64,000 nt of DNA from Tubulanus polymorphus (lineage: Eukaryota > Animalia > Nemertea). The notes beneath the pieces are model-generated. The model made no database searches, was not told where the DNA came from, and saw only the letters and a program-made list of their open reading frames with translations. The DNA lies in the NCBI RefSeq assembly GCF_964204645.1, contig NC_134025.1:2666001-2730000 (forward strand), in the 5' to 3' direction. A program made the position numbers and the translations under genes. This document shows, piece by piece, positions 11,201 to 23,044 of this stretch. The stretch's first letter is position 1, and each line of letters opens with the position of its first letter.

Positions 11201-14200
11201 ACGGTTATATCATTTAACTAGAACTGTATTAATTCTAATTCGAGTATTGACTCACCAGGGCAGGGAGGGAATCCCAGTGGTACACATACGTCACCAGCTA
11301 CAGGAGCCAAATGTGTCAAATCATCTAAATCGGGAGTAGCTGAAATTGATTCAATGATTATCTACTATGTAATTGAAAATATATAACATTCTTCAAGCGC
11401 TGTCAATCTGTGAAAAGTGCTATCAGTAACAAGTTGAATTCTTTTCAGGAGATTTTGATTGAAATATCTTTCACATTTCTCTACATTTCTCTAAAAAATC
11501 AAGTCAGTATTTCTCGGGGACTAAAAAGTAACAGAATATTGAACATCGTTGGATGCTCTGTTGTCCATTCAGTTATAACCTCAACTTACATGTGCACGTC
11601 TTAGCTTCAACAACGTCTTTCGGTTTGTAGAATTCTTTTTCCATTTCTTTCGTTCGTGGTGTGAATATCTTGTTTGTGCTCATTGTAATCGTCGCTTTAG
11701 GAACTATTTCTTCCTCTTCGTTCATCTGAACCTGCGACATAATTACACCTTTCTCTTCGATACCGCTGAAATAAAAATTCATTCATTCACAGATTACTGA
11801 ACTCAGTTCATTATACGGAGGTTTCTCTGATTGATATAAAGCCGGTATTCACCTGATAACATAGTTCAGACATACGACGCATTGCGGCTTTTGTGTTTGT
11901 GGATTACAGATGACAGTAGCTTGCGTTACCATCCACGCATAACCACCACCTTTAGCTAGGAATCTGTAATGACTCGTAGCCGCTTGACCTTTTGAAAATA
12001 CTGAAGAAAAGAATAAGCGTAATCAGCATTCATAGATAGTCGTGAAAAGAATAAATGCAGGAAGACTTTCCGCATCTATCCTTTTATTTGGTGTTGTGGT
12101 AGTTCGTTTCTGCATCTATCCAAAGAATACATTTAATGTTTAAGGCAATTGGTTCAGTGTAAATCGAAATCATTATCGATGTCATGTCAGATTTACTGGG
12201 TTCCAGGGACGAATAATTGATATTTCAGGTTTAAGGCTCCTATTCAGTGCCTGTGTGGTGGTAATGCATAGCTATGTGACTTCAGCCACATATAACATAT
12301 AGTAAATCACACTTCAATGTATCAAATAGCTGATGAATATCGGAATGCATACACTAATCATCAATCAGTTATAACTATTGTCTAAACAGTAATAGATAGC
12401 TAGCTAACTAATCACATCTCTTAAACATACGTACACGCAAAACAGACAGATAAATTCACTTACAATCCTTGAATACTTTCTCATTTTCCTCTCCGTCTGC
12501 CGCGTGCTGATATTCATAAACTGATTTTCCCAGAAGTTCATCGTTACTGTATCCCAATAACTCGGAGATTCTATCAACAACAAAAAAAAATATGATCAAA
12601 ACTGAAGAATTGATTTCACAGCAAAGTTACACACTTCATCAGTTATAATACTATATACATCAATACTAGGAGTTTCAATCTCCTACAAATCTGAACTAAA
12701 GACTCCATTCACTTTTTCATTACATAAAAGTCAACATGTTAACACTCCTGACTTGATTCCGCAGTTGAATACAATGATACTTATGCAATAAATGAATGAC
12801 GCCTTACCTATCATCACAGTATGTATATTTCATTTCCATGTTATGTTTGCTGACGAATGTCTCTCGTCCGAGCGGCATTTCAATATTAGACGGATGAGGG
12901 ATTGGTTCACCAATCAGTACAGTACATGCTGGGTGATCTTTACTGTCAATCGGTAACAAGTGACCTCGGCATTGGACCACCTGTAAATTAACAAATCAAA
13001 CTCTAACTAATTATTACGGTAACTCTAACTCTAAAAACTAAAAAATTCCGCTATCTTGTTTGGTTTCTTATAGTTTCGGTACTTTACCCACTATCAGAGA
13101 AACAATAAGGAGCGTTCTTAGTTACCCGGTATTTCTAAAATCATATGAAGTTACTGTTTCGAAATTTACAAAAATCCCAAAACTGTTAGAAAATATACAA
13201 GATATTTCATTATAATGATAATGTTTGGAAATTGTTTTGTTGAGTTGAGGTAAACATCAGTTTACCCTCATATCAGACTCAAAACAAAAAGATTTAAAAG
13301 GGAACTGTAGTTAAATTTTCTTATCCATATGTTCGAAACCTCTATAAAAATATATACATTTTCCCGCAAGCAGAAAAAAATTCTATTTTTTACAAAATCC
13401 AAAAAAAGAGTTCAGTACGTTCCTAGGCTACTGCCATCATCCCCGCGCAGGAGCGCGAAACGTCGAGATTGTGACGTTTAAATCACGGTCTAGTATGAGA
13501 TATATTTTCACCTTGTAAGTTGCCGATTTAAGATTCACATTTCTTCCTTTATTCGTCAGCGTACATTTCATACGCATGAAAAATCGTCGTTCATCATTCG
13601 TGTTTTTCAAATGATTCGGTTTTTCGAGCAGAATTTCCCGGATTTCTTCGTGGTCACACGGATGGGAAAATTCATAAATACTCTGTCCGATTATGTCAAC
13701 CTGTTTTTTGGAAAAGGAAACAATTGAAAACGTTTTTTTTTTTTACAAATGCAAAAGAATTGTGTACTATAAAGCGTTAATATAGCGGACTAAGGGGTCA
13801 GATTGATGAACTGAAATTCACAACCATTGGCAATTAGCTTTGAAAAATATTTTTCGTGACAAAAAATCAGGAATTTTTACATTTTTTTGCCCATAGTTTT
13901 CCCCACATTTCGTCACACATCAAGATACAACATATATTATATAGCTTTCCAGTAATTCACTTCAGATTAAACAATCTTTTTAAAGCTCTGAAGCTGAAGT
14001 ACTTGTTGCGATATGCTTCCGGAGTAAAATTCCAGGAACTATTCAATAGCGTTTATACCAACAGTCTGCTTGGAAATCTGCCAGAATAGAATATGAACGG
14101 GCCGCCATATTGAACTTCACAGTGTCATTGCAGCACAAATAATGAATTATATCATTTTTTTCTACACATATAATATGAAAAAGTTGTTTACAACTGAAGA

Positions 14201-17200
14201 ATAGTTCGCATATTTGAAACCTGTTTTCAAACAAGTGGACTGAATACAACTGTCTGTTGCATCCAGCTGGTAGTTTGATTAATGATTCCAAACCCATATT
14301 ATGACCCCCCATCAGACAGTGACCAATTCTATTTTACTTAATTTTTCCCTGACTTTTCCCTGACATGCACATTGTTTTCCCTGACTTGATCTGCTAAGAA
14401 TCCAATCAATTAACACAGTCAAATACATAAGACATACACGGAAACTGTTTGATTTTATGCACGATCTAACAACCTCAACAAATTTCCCCGACTTTTCCCT
14501 GATTTTTTTAAAGAAAAGAAAATACCCCGACTTTTCCCTGAATTCCAGTAAGCTCATAGAACTTATCATAAATAAGCTACTGATTTTACCTGTGGAATGC
14601 CAAGATATTTCACGACGTTGTCAGATATGTAAACTATATCTCCATCTTTATCGATAACCATCAGGAAGCCATTTAATGATTTCATGTATTGTTGTTCATA
14701 TTTATCATTATGAGCATCTGACTCGTACTTTTTCAGTTCAACTACAAGATAAAACACATTTCCAAATATACTTATTGTTACCATGAAGACTTGCGCACGT
14801 GTTCATATCCCAAATTCTCTGATAATTCCCTTATCCAGATCTCCAATTCCCTGATCTGATATTTAGATTTCTACAAAATAAATCTAATGGCCAAATAAGA
14901 GGGTTTCTAGTCCCAAAATCATAGCCAAAATCAGGCTTAAATTGTAAAAATATCCACATCAAATGGCACATAGCGATCACTGCATTTTTCACTCTCCCAA
15001 TCTCTCCTTAATACTGACCAATCTTCATCGACCTATCATCGGAAAAGTGATAAATTCAAGAAATTTCTCACATCATTTAGGAAATTTAAGTATTCTCGTA
15101 GAGTCCTCGCTGAAGCCTACTGTGAAAAAATCCAGGAAAATAAGTTTTATATTATGTTCAAATAACTATATTCTGAATATCAGTGAAATCTACCTTTTCC
15201 GAGCAGTTTTCTGATTTTCAAGTAACTGATAGCTAATCTCATGATAGAAGCTTTGTCCAACTGACTTCCAACATTTCGGACACATCCTCGCGGTGTCGGT
15301 AGTTCGCTAGCCAGTTCAGTGAATATCTCTGTCTCTTTTCCCCGCCTGCACCGGGCCGCGTCTCTAGACTTCTCCTTACGTTTTTCCGTGTTTCTGAAAA
15401 AAAAATTGTGACAAAAACCTCCATAAGGTCGAATAAAAAATAAAAATCATCAGCCAAGCCACTGTGTAGTAGAGATTAGACAGACTCACGGGATAATTGT
15501 GTATGCAGAGAAGTACTAGGTTCTGAAATGTCAATGTTATCCAAGCAATAAGCCATGGATTCAACTAACATAATCCAGTTAAAGAGCATCTCCCAGGTTA
15601 ATTCTCTTTCAAAATGCTAAAAACTTTGTTGCACCAACCCCATTTTCGAAACCCACGGAGGTTGGTGGTAAAAACTATAAATCTATAACAAATAGAATTC
15701 TTAGGTGCAGATCATCTTAAAATTCCCTTAATAATAATACCTCTATTATCATTAGATTATCAACATTCATCAGATATAGACCTATAATCTGCCTACAAAT
15801 CATCCTCACTCGAATAAATGTAGTATGTTTTATAGTGGCGCGATTCATTTAAAAATCAACGTTAGTGATTTTTAATTATGTCTGGCAGAAAATCATCTAA
15901 TAATAGACATAAACACCATACCTTAAACCGAACTGCCGATCACATTTATCTAATCCGTACATTATCTTAACTAAATCCCTTCGGAGCATTATGTTTTACC
16001 CCCACTATAAACCAGACATAACTCCTGTTAGATTGTCGGCTCTGCCTCCAGCAGTAAACAAGCTTCGATGATTAACTAGGTCATGATAGATTATACTGCG
16101 CTGAACCGGTAACTAGGTTACATCCACAACATATAAATAAGATACACTGTTTGCATCTCAGATATGTAGATTTCAAGCTTCACACGATTCAGATTCTTTT
16201 TTAGCCCGGCTGGTGATAAAACGTAAATCTGTTCGACACGATTGGAAATGTAAATTCACTAAATTAAATTACTAATTCTGACATGTTTCGCGAAATGAGG
16301 ACTAGCAGCATTTCAATGATTAACAGCAGCAGTTTGTGGCAATGACACCTGAAAGATTTCTGATTTCTGAAAACAGTTTGATATCTTGTCAGATTATTAC
16401 ACGCACACCTTTAGATCCAGGTTCCTATGGCAACTGGAGCATAAAATTCTGCGAAGACCTTATTATAAAAGCTCCTCACCATCGCTCACAATTTCCGGAC
16501 ATGGCATTTTGTGAATCACTAAAGCCGCATTAAGTCGTTGTAAAATCAAACGTCTTGCAACATGAATAAATTAGCCATTGTTCACTCAATCTCCACTTTT
16601 CAGTTATCCGAATATCTTTCATTATTTACTCTGCTCTCATTCTCTCTTTATCATAAATAAATACAGACTAAACTTTTAATGAGAAAAAAAAATATGACTT
16701 TCGACATCAATCACTGAGTAGTGGTTAACGCTGCGTCTGCCATGATATCAGGTTAAATGTACTTTTATTCTCCAAATTAGCAAATATCTACAAACCTAAC
16801 ACTTGATGATGGGCTGGTTTCTACTGAGAGTCTGAAATGTTGTATCCTTTAATTTCTTATTTCAACTCTTGATACATAAATTTAGTTTTTCAGTAGCCAG
16901 TGTTTTGGCTGCACACTAGGCCTGAGCTAATTGCAGCGAATTAGTTGCCTGTGCTGTAAATCGGCGTTAATCACCTTGTGTGCAGCAGGCTTAAATTGTT
17001 TTAAATTTTCATACAGGCCTAGATGTAGCTCTGGCAAATTTGATGTTTGAATAAAATTCTATATGCGATTAATCATTCAATGTATAAGAATGACAAGTAT
17101 TAAAAAGTAAAACTATCCCGGTATGCATAAGAGCATTGTCTAATGTTTGATAATATCACCAACTAAAGTAGGTATTTCTGATAAAAACCTATCGATCACT

Positions 17201-18872
17201 TGTGTTCTCTAGGGTTAAATATACATTCAGTACTGTGCACTCAAATCATTAATTAAGACCCAGTTCAGTATTTGTGGGTTAAATATTAGGCTCATTCATC
17301 TAAATCCAGGGCCCAGTAAACGCATCATCATTAACACAAAAATTAAGTCGCCATTCTAATTTGTAACGACCTCAAAAATCTATGAAATATATTAAAGGTT
17401 TTCAAACGTTAAATTATGCTTTCCAGTTAAATTTGTATGAAATTTTCATACATGAAAACCAGGGGGCGGGATTGTATTCAGCAGCATGTTTTATAAGGGG
17501 ATGTGTGTCGACTCCAGATGGAGGCATATCTCGAAGCTGAGCAGTTCATTCCTCTTAACTGTATAGCAATACTTCAATAAAGAACAATCTAATAGGGTTA
17601 GACCAGGGAAACCCGAGATTTGAATAACAATAAACAAAACAAACTAAACAAATGGCAGTACCTGTTGCCTTCAGTACCAATACCACAGGTCTAAAATCGT
17701 TCCCAAAACAACGTCTAGGGCCATAGTTAATGCTTGTACTCATTTTAAGAGATGAAGCTTTTGAGCGTCGTCGTAGTAACTCAAAACATTCGACTAGTCA
17801 CTTTAACGCATGGTTGAAATAAACAAACAAGACGGCTTCGCTGACGCATAATGGGAATGCTGAATTACATCATGCAGGCATTAATGACAATGCAGATTTT
17901 ATACTCGTTTCTAATTTTAAAGACATAAATCTTAATCAACAGAAAAAAACATTGAGAATAATTAAGGATAGGCATATTTAATTTTCCATTTTATCAATTA
18001 AGTCCGTATCTTATTCCCGATAGTAAAAAAATAAATTCAATTCAAATCAAATCAATTAATTCTCCATTTCCCGATATATAAATCATCAAATATACAAATA
18101 TCGAACACGTTTTCAAAGCCAACAAGTTTATAATTCAAGCTAGTTTATTTGAGTAAAAAGGTTTGATTTGAAAGTAAAATCAGGTGACATAGCAAGAAAC
18201 AGGAGTTAAACTCTCTATTATCTGAATGACAGTTTAGCGCCAGACGTTGGGGGACCCGTAACAGACGTTGGGGGACCCGTAACAGACGTTGGGGGACCCG
18301 TAACAGTGTATGATACACTTCTACCCGACGTATAACGGGTTACAACCCACCAAGTTAATTCAGAGGAATGAATACAGCTAAACCCCAGTAATAATAAACC
18401 ACAAAATTCACATGGAGAATATATTTCATTGGCATTTCCCCTTCACTTAGACAATAATAACCTGTCTGTCTGTGATTTAGTTTCAAAATGCAGTAGATTT
18501 CGCATAAACCACAATCCTTAAAGCCTAAGGTAGGCCTTCAACGGGCTACACACGCATATATTGATTTAAGTCCATCTGAAAACTTTACCACCAACGATTA
18601 AGTCCCTAACTAACTACATCTTCCCAGTCCCCCAAATTATTTCGTCAGCATGTACATAAACAAGAACGGGAACAGTCCTGACCAGTTTGAGTTGGAAATG
18701 ACTGGTTGGTGGTGGTGGAATGGAAGCAGTGCCACCACCGTTGACACTGCCGCCGCCGGTGCATTCATTAGATCTGTTTTTCTCTTCAAATTCACCATAA
18801 TCTTATCAATCATACGACACAAATAGTTATGTAAACTACTTACCGTCGTTTATGTTTTCCGCATTTATTCAT
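8280..18872 (-). CDS. HIF1A: Hypoxia-inducible factor alpha subunit (bHLH-PAS-PAS-ODD-CAD), about 743 aa
   Basis: Exons 18844-18872, 15194-15393 (b[19 protein letters not shown]...[14 protein letters not shown]), 14590-14741, 13512-13700 ([22 protein letters not shown]), 12808-12980 ([10 protein letters not shown]), 12464-12570, 11853-12000 ([12 protein letters not shown]), 11590-11765, 11256-11339 ([10 protein letters not shown]), 10886-11100, 9929-10012, 9634-9737 (CODD RAPFIPM), 9010-9332, 8703-8806, 8280-8423 (CAD EVNAP...[12 protein letters not shown]). All phases are consistent and the total is 2232 nt. An in-frame upstream ATG at 18908 is a possible alternative start. Confidence 0.96.
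10128..10865. repeat. Polypurine (GA-rich) minisatellite, about 5 units of about 140-145 bp, in HIF-alpha intron 10
   Basis: The motif GAGGGGGAGATAGAAAGTGAG recurs at about 10151, 10296, 10437, 10575 and 10720; the + strand is overwhelmingly A/G. Confidence 0.93.
14316..14545. mobile_element. Non-autonomous DNA element with internal TCAGGGA repeats
   Basis: Repeated TTTTCCCTGA/CCCCGAC motifs; its reverse complement resembles the copy at 59996-60160 (GTCAGGGAAAACAA...GCATGTCAGGGAA...TGGTCAC). Confidence 0.6.
18241..18306. repeat. 21-bp tandem repeat (CAGACGTTGGGGGACCCGTAA) x3 in HIF-alpha intron 1
   Basis: Three identical units read directly. Confidence 0.95.
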
Positions 18873-19425
18873 TTTTAACTTTATTTTTCCAATGTGATGG
18901 CGACTCATTCATTTCCGGGTATTAGATGAGGGGGCGCCACTATACGGTAATCGCTTACCGCAGGTAGCTTTTCATTACCAGTTAAGTTTGGTATTTTGGT
19001 CCTCTTATATTTTTTTATGCAGTCATATTTTCCAGTTTTGACCGATTCATTCGAGAGTCAAGACCTCGGAATCTTATAAGTTAGTGAATAAGAAAAAAAA
19101 GGAAAATAATCAATATTTTCCTTTGCTCTTATTAGCATAGATTTTGTCAGCAGACAATATGGTGAAATGTCCAAGAGAGATCAACACCACGACCAGGTCT
19201 CTACTGCATAAGACTGAAGATGATAAATAGCTCTAAATTCCTCTATTAGCATCCAAAAAATAGCAAATTTATGGTTTGGTTTGGAAATAATCTCTTATTA
19301 TTTATCTAAGAAAATAACTTTCAAAAAAGTTACAAAAAATTACGATAAAACATTCTTTGAAAAATCGGTAAAACTCATTTGTAGTTTTAAGCAGTTGGAT
19401 ATAAAAAACGTTTGAAGACTTGTAT

Positions 19426-20712
19426 TTATGAGCAAAACCATTCAGGAATATCAACTAATTCCGTATTCGTTCTTACATGTAACACTTTAACAGGCACAAC
19501 ATTACGTAGTTTATTATAAATGATGAATTTCGATTGGATTCTATTCGATTTTAATTGCTTAGAATGATAGGTCAAAACATGCGGTTCGCAGGCCCATAGA
19601 CATTTGAATATTTTCGGACAGTACGGACAGGTAAACATGAACATTATAGATGGTTCAATTTTTAACTGAGCCATCGGATGATGATCTTTAGCCGCCTTGG
19701 TCCAGTGTTGATGCAGAGCCGGCGCAGAACGAAACAACTGATTGCATTTAACGCAAACATTTCCGGATTTCAAATAAATATTCGACGTCATCGTAATCGG
19801 CATCGCTTTGTATCGAAATTTCTCCAGTTGACGGTGAGAGGATCTCTGATGCATTAACACATCGTACCAATTACCGAACAGACCTTGACATTCAGGACAG
19901 GCGATCAGATATCTGTCGTCAGTTGTGACAGCCGATGCCTGAATTATAGATGTAACTTTCATAGCCGCTTGTTCATATCCTTTTTCCTCTTGCAATTTCA
20001 CATCCAACGTATTCCCGGTTTTTGTGAAATAACAAATACTAGCCGATACGTGATTAGATTTTTCGAGGTGCGACCTCATATCGTCGTAGATCCGCGACTT
20101 GTAATTATATTCGTGATGAGAAAGATTACGGAACGCACAGCAACGATCGCAAAATATCGCTAGTAACTTTTTCGCGTTCTTTTTAGGTTTTTTCTTCGGT
20201 GGTGCCAATGATGGATTCACGGGATAAATCAAAGAGCTGTGTTCGGAATCGTCGAACAGTTCCACCAGTGGTGATTTTAGATCGAATCCATTTTCAGACT
20301 CATCGCCGTAAAGCGTAGTCGCCGGCCGTTTGAGTCCTCGTTCCTCTTTCAAAGTTCCGTCGGGTTTAAATCGTTCGAGGCAAACGCAACCGTTATCGCA
20401 ACAAGCCAACTCCCGACAACCGGTCGTCCAATTATAACTATACGAAGCAGGATCTAGCGGAGAGATCGCGGGAACGCCGTTACGTATCTTCTCCCAGATA
20501 TTATCTAAATGTTGACTGCGTTGTTTCGCCCATTGATGTTTGAATATTTGACGAGCTTCGCGTAGTTTATTTATCGGATAATACCAGCCTAACTGCGATG
20601 GTATATCGTCGTTATAGTTTATACCGTAATCCTCGGCGCACCAGTCTCTATCCTTCACTCGGCTCAGGTACAAACCATCCATTATCGTTTTTTTGTCTGA
20701 ATTTGTCGTCAT
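19426..20712 (-). CDS. Single-coding-exon C2H2 zinc-finger protein, 428 aa
   Basis: Open ORF with CPEC-x12-HQRSSH, CVKC-x12-H-x7-H, CPYC-x12-HVLTYH, a wide-spaced CDRC...HLEKSNH finger and a basic NLS (PPKKKPKK). An acceptor (ctgcag) lies just upstream of the ATG. Confidence 0.85.
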   Translation of the reverse strand: MTTNSDKKTIMDGLYLSRVKDRDWCAEDYGINYNDDIPSQLGWYYPINKLREARQIFKHQWAKQRSQHLDNIWEKIRNGVPAISPLDPASYSYNWTTGCRELACCDNGCVCLERFKPDGTLKEERGLKRPATTLYGDESENGFDLKSPLVELFDDSEHSSLIYPVNPSLAPPKKKPKKNAKKLLAIFCDRCCAFRNLSHHEYNYKSRIYDDMRSHLEKSNHVSASICYFTKTGNTLDVKLQEEKGYEQAAMKVTSIIQASAVTTDDRYLIACPECQGLFGNWYDVLMHQRSSHRQLEKFRYKAMPITMTSNIYLKSGNVCVKCNQLFRSAPALHQHWTKAAKDHHPMAQLKIEPSIMFMFTCPYCPKIFKCLWACEPHVLTYHSKQLKSNRIQSKFIIYNKLRNVVPVKVLHVRTNTELVDIPEWFCS

Positions 20713-21229
20713 TGTGATTTTGAATACGCCAACCTGCAGTTACAATTAGGAATAGGTCTGACTATTATGACAACAAATTAATTTACATTTGCATTGGCAT
20801 TGATCGGATCCTAATAGATTCTCAAACATTTTGTTCACATTTTTAGCAGATTTCCCACAAACTTCAAGCTCAAAAGGGCCGCTCAAAGTTATACAATTTT
20901 CCAAATAACATATTTACCACAATATTCTAAGAGAATGTTGATTCTGAAGGGTTCAGGCTAAACAATTCCATGGGTAGAGCATCCACGAGTACCGAACCGA
21001 TCTTCACCCGTCAAGGGGATTCGAACCCACTAGGCCGAAGGCGTTCCCCGATGTGAGCGATATCGAACCCTGGCAGGCAAGGATATACCGAACCCATTTT
21101 ATTTGTTACATCGTTTGCTCAATAAAATTGTTTTTCAGATTCCGGAGAATTTGACAGTTCTGCACATCAAAAAATCCATTTAGCCTCTAGCATATTTTAA
21201 TAACTTAAAAGGAATCGTTTGAATCGACA

Positions 21230-23044
21230 ATGGATGTTAAAGATCATCTTCTGAATATGTTGAAAGAAATTGTAACTGATGAAGTGCGCGATAGATTTAT
21301 CGAAGCAGAAAGACTGAGCAATGAAGAATCAAAAACCGATCCTGAGATCGATCCTTATAAATCTCTGTACAAAGCTCGAGAAATCTGGTCGCAGATCGAA
21401 ATTGAAATGAAAGACAAATTGAATAAAAGTGAACCAAACAGTGACGAAAATCAAATCATCCAAATAATTCTTGCCGCCGTTGGTTTACAGATGGGGATTA
21501 ATTTCGCAGATACGGACGAAACTGAAACCGGTTGCAAAATGCTCCTCGCGGCTTTGGGCGTATTTGAAAACGATGTGAAGTCGAAACAGTTTCAAAGAAA
21601 AAGCACCGGTCTACGACAGTGCGTACTAAATCAGCTGGGCATCGTTTGGGCGGGACGTGCAAATTACGAAGAAGCTTTAAAATATCTAATCAAAGCTCAA
21701 AATATATACTTCGATTTTACGACAAGCAACGAGGATGATAGCGCCGAGGAACCTCTTCATTTCGACGATTTATTTCGTGTCCAATCGAACGAAGAGAATT
21801 CGATACCGAAGCGAAAAAGTTTCGTCGATGAAACTTATACGAATACGTTGTTTTATCTAGCGCAAGTTTACGGTAAACTGGAACAGAACGAGAAATCGGC
21901 GAAATGCTGCCACGAGACTTTAAAACGTCAGTTGGAGACCGGAAAGTACGAACCGTTAGACTGGGCTTTAAACGCGGCGACATTGTCGCAGTATTACATG
22001 ACGCAGAGCGATTTTACGACCGCCAGACATTGTCTAGCGAGTGCCTCGTGTATCGATAACGAAATCAAAACCGTCGAGAATCTCGGACCGGTTACGAGCG
22101 CCGATACTCAGGCCGATATCGATATGAAAGAAAAAGTTCCTCGCGCGAAAGCCGATATCAAACGATGCTGGACTAAATACGCTTTAACTCTGCTGGAAAC
22201 ATCGAGAGATCGGTTAATGGATGAATTGAATGAAACCGATACAGCAGCTGCATCGGATGAATGTTTGTTTCCGAGTATCGCTCCGTTTAATATCGAGATA
22301 GCTCGGTACGAAGCTCTCGTAACCGATAAATGCGTCTCTAATTATTCGGAGGCGCGAGAAGTTTTCTTGTACGCGCAAAAATGTATCGAAGCGTCGAAAT
22401 CGTTTTATATAATCGACGATTTCTGCTCAGATTATATCGAAATCGTTCAAGACCACAGTAAAATCTTCAAACTTCTCGCGTTTTTCGAACCCGATTTAGA
22501 ACGACAATGTAAAATGCACAAAAGACGTATCGATATGATCGAAGATCTCTTAAATCAGATCAATAAACAACATTATCTGCTCGTATGTAGACAACTGATG
22601 TATGAAATTGCCGAAAGTTACAGCACGATTTTAGACCTGAAATTAGCCATTTTGGAATGCAGCGGAAAACCACCGACTACGCACGCGGTCAAAAAGATTA
22701 ACAGTCTCGTGAATGAGAGTTTGAAAAATTATCAGATGTACTTGGATACTTTGAAAACTGCCGAGAAGAAATATCCCGAAAAATTCCCCGATAATGATTT
22801 GAGGCCGGCTTTAGTAGCTTGGTTCTGTATGGGCAGACTTTACTCAAAAATCATCGATTTCCAGCCGGTTAACCGATTGAAAAACTTGAAAAGTTCTTTA
22901 GATCATTACGACATGCTCGTTCGATATTGTGATAGAAATCCGGAAGCTATTGAGAGAGTTCCGTCAGAGTTGGACGTTTGTTCCGAAATGGTTTTACTAC
23001 TTCCTGCAAAAATGGATAAAATCAGATCAGAAGCTGGCTATTAG
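21230..23044 (+). CDS. KIFBP: KIF-binding protein (KIAA1279/KBP), 604 aa, TPR-like
   Basis: Intact ORF with family motifs DPYKSLYKARE, YTNTLFYLAQVY, CHETLKRQL, PLDWALNAATLSQYY, ARHCLASA, CKMHKRRIDM and EMVLLLP. Confidence 0.95.
   Translation: MDVKDHLLNMLKEIVTDEVRDRFIEAERLSNEESKTDPEIDPYKSLYKAREIWSQIEIEMKDKLNKSEPNSDENQIIQIILAAVGLQMGINFADTDETETGCKMLLAALGVFENDVKSKQFQRKSTGLRQCVLNQLGIVWAGRANYEEALKYLIKAQNIYFDFTTSNEDDSAEEPLHFDDLFRVQSNEENSIPKRKSFVDETYTNTLFYLAQVYGKLEQNEKSAKCCHETLKRQLETGKYEPLDWALNAATLSQYYMTQSDFTTARHCLASASCIDNEIKTVENLGPVTSADTQADIDMKEKVPRAKADIKRCWTKYALTLLETSRDRLMDELNETDTAAASDECLFPSIAPFNIEIARYEALVTDKCVSNYSEAREVFLYAQKCIEASKSFYIIDDFCSDYIEIVQDHSKIFKLLAFFEPDLERQCKMHKRRIDMIEDLLNQINKQHYLLVCRQLMYEIAESYSTILDLKLAILECSGKPPTTHAVKKINSLVNESLKNYQMYLDTLKTAEKKYPEKFPDNDLRPALVAWFCMGRLYSKIIDFQPVNRLKNLKSSLDHYDMLVRYCDRNPEAIERVPSELDVCSEMVLLLPAKMDKIRSEAGY

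Noticed and set aside
13430-13472. Second hammerhead (GCGC-AGGA-GCGC-GAAAC-GUC)
   Set aside because: Stem II and GAAAC-GUC are present but the CUGANGA core is missing; at most a truncated remnant.
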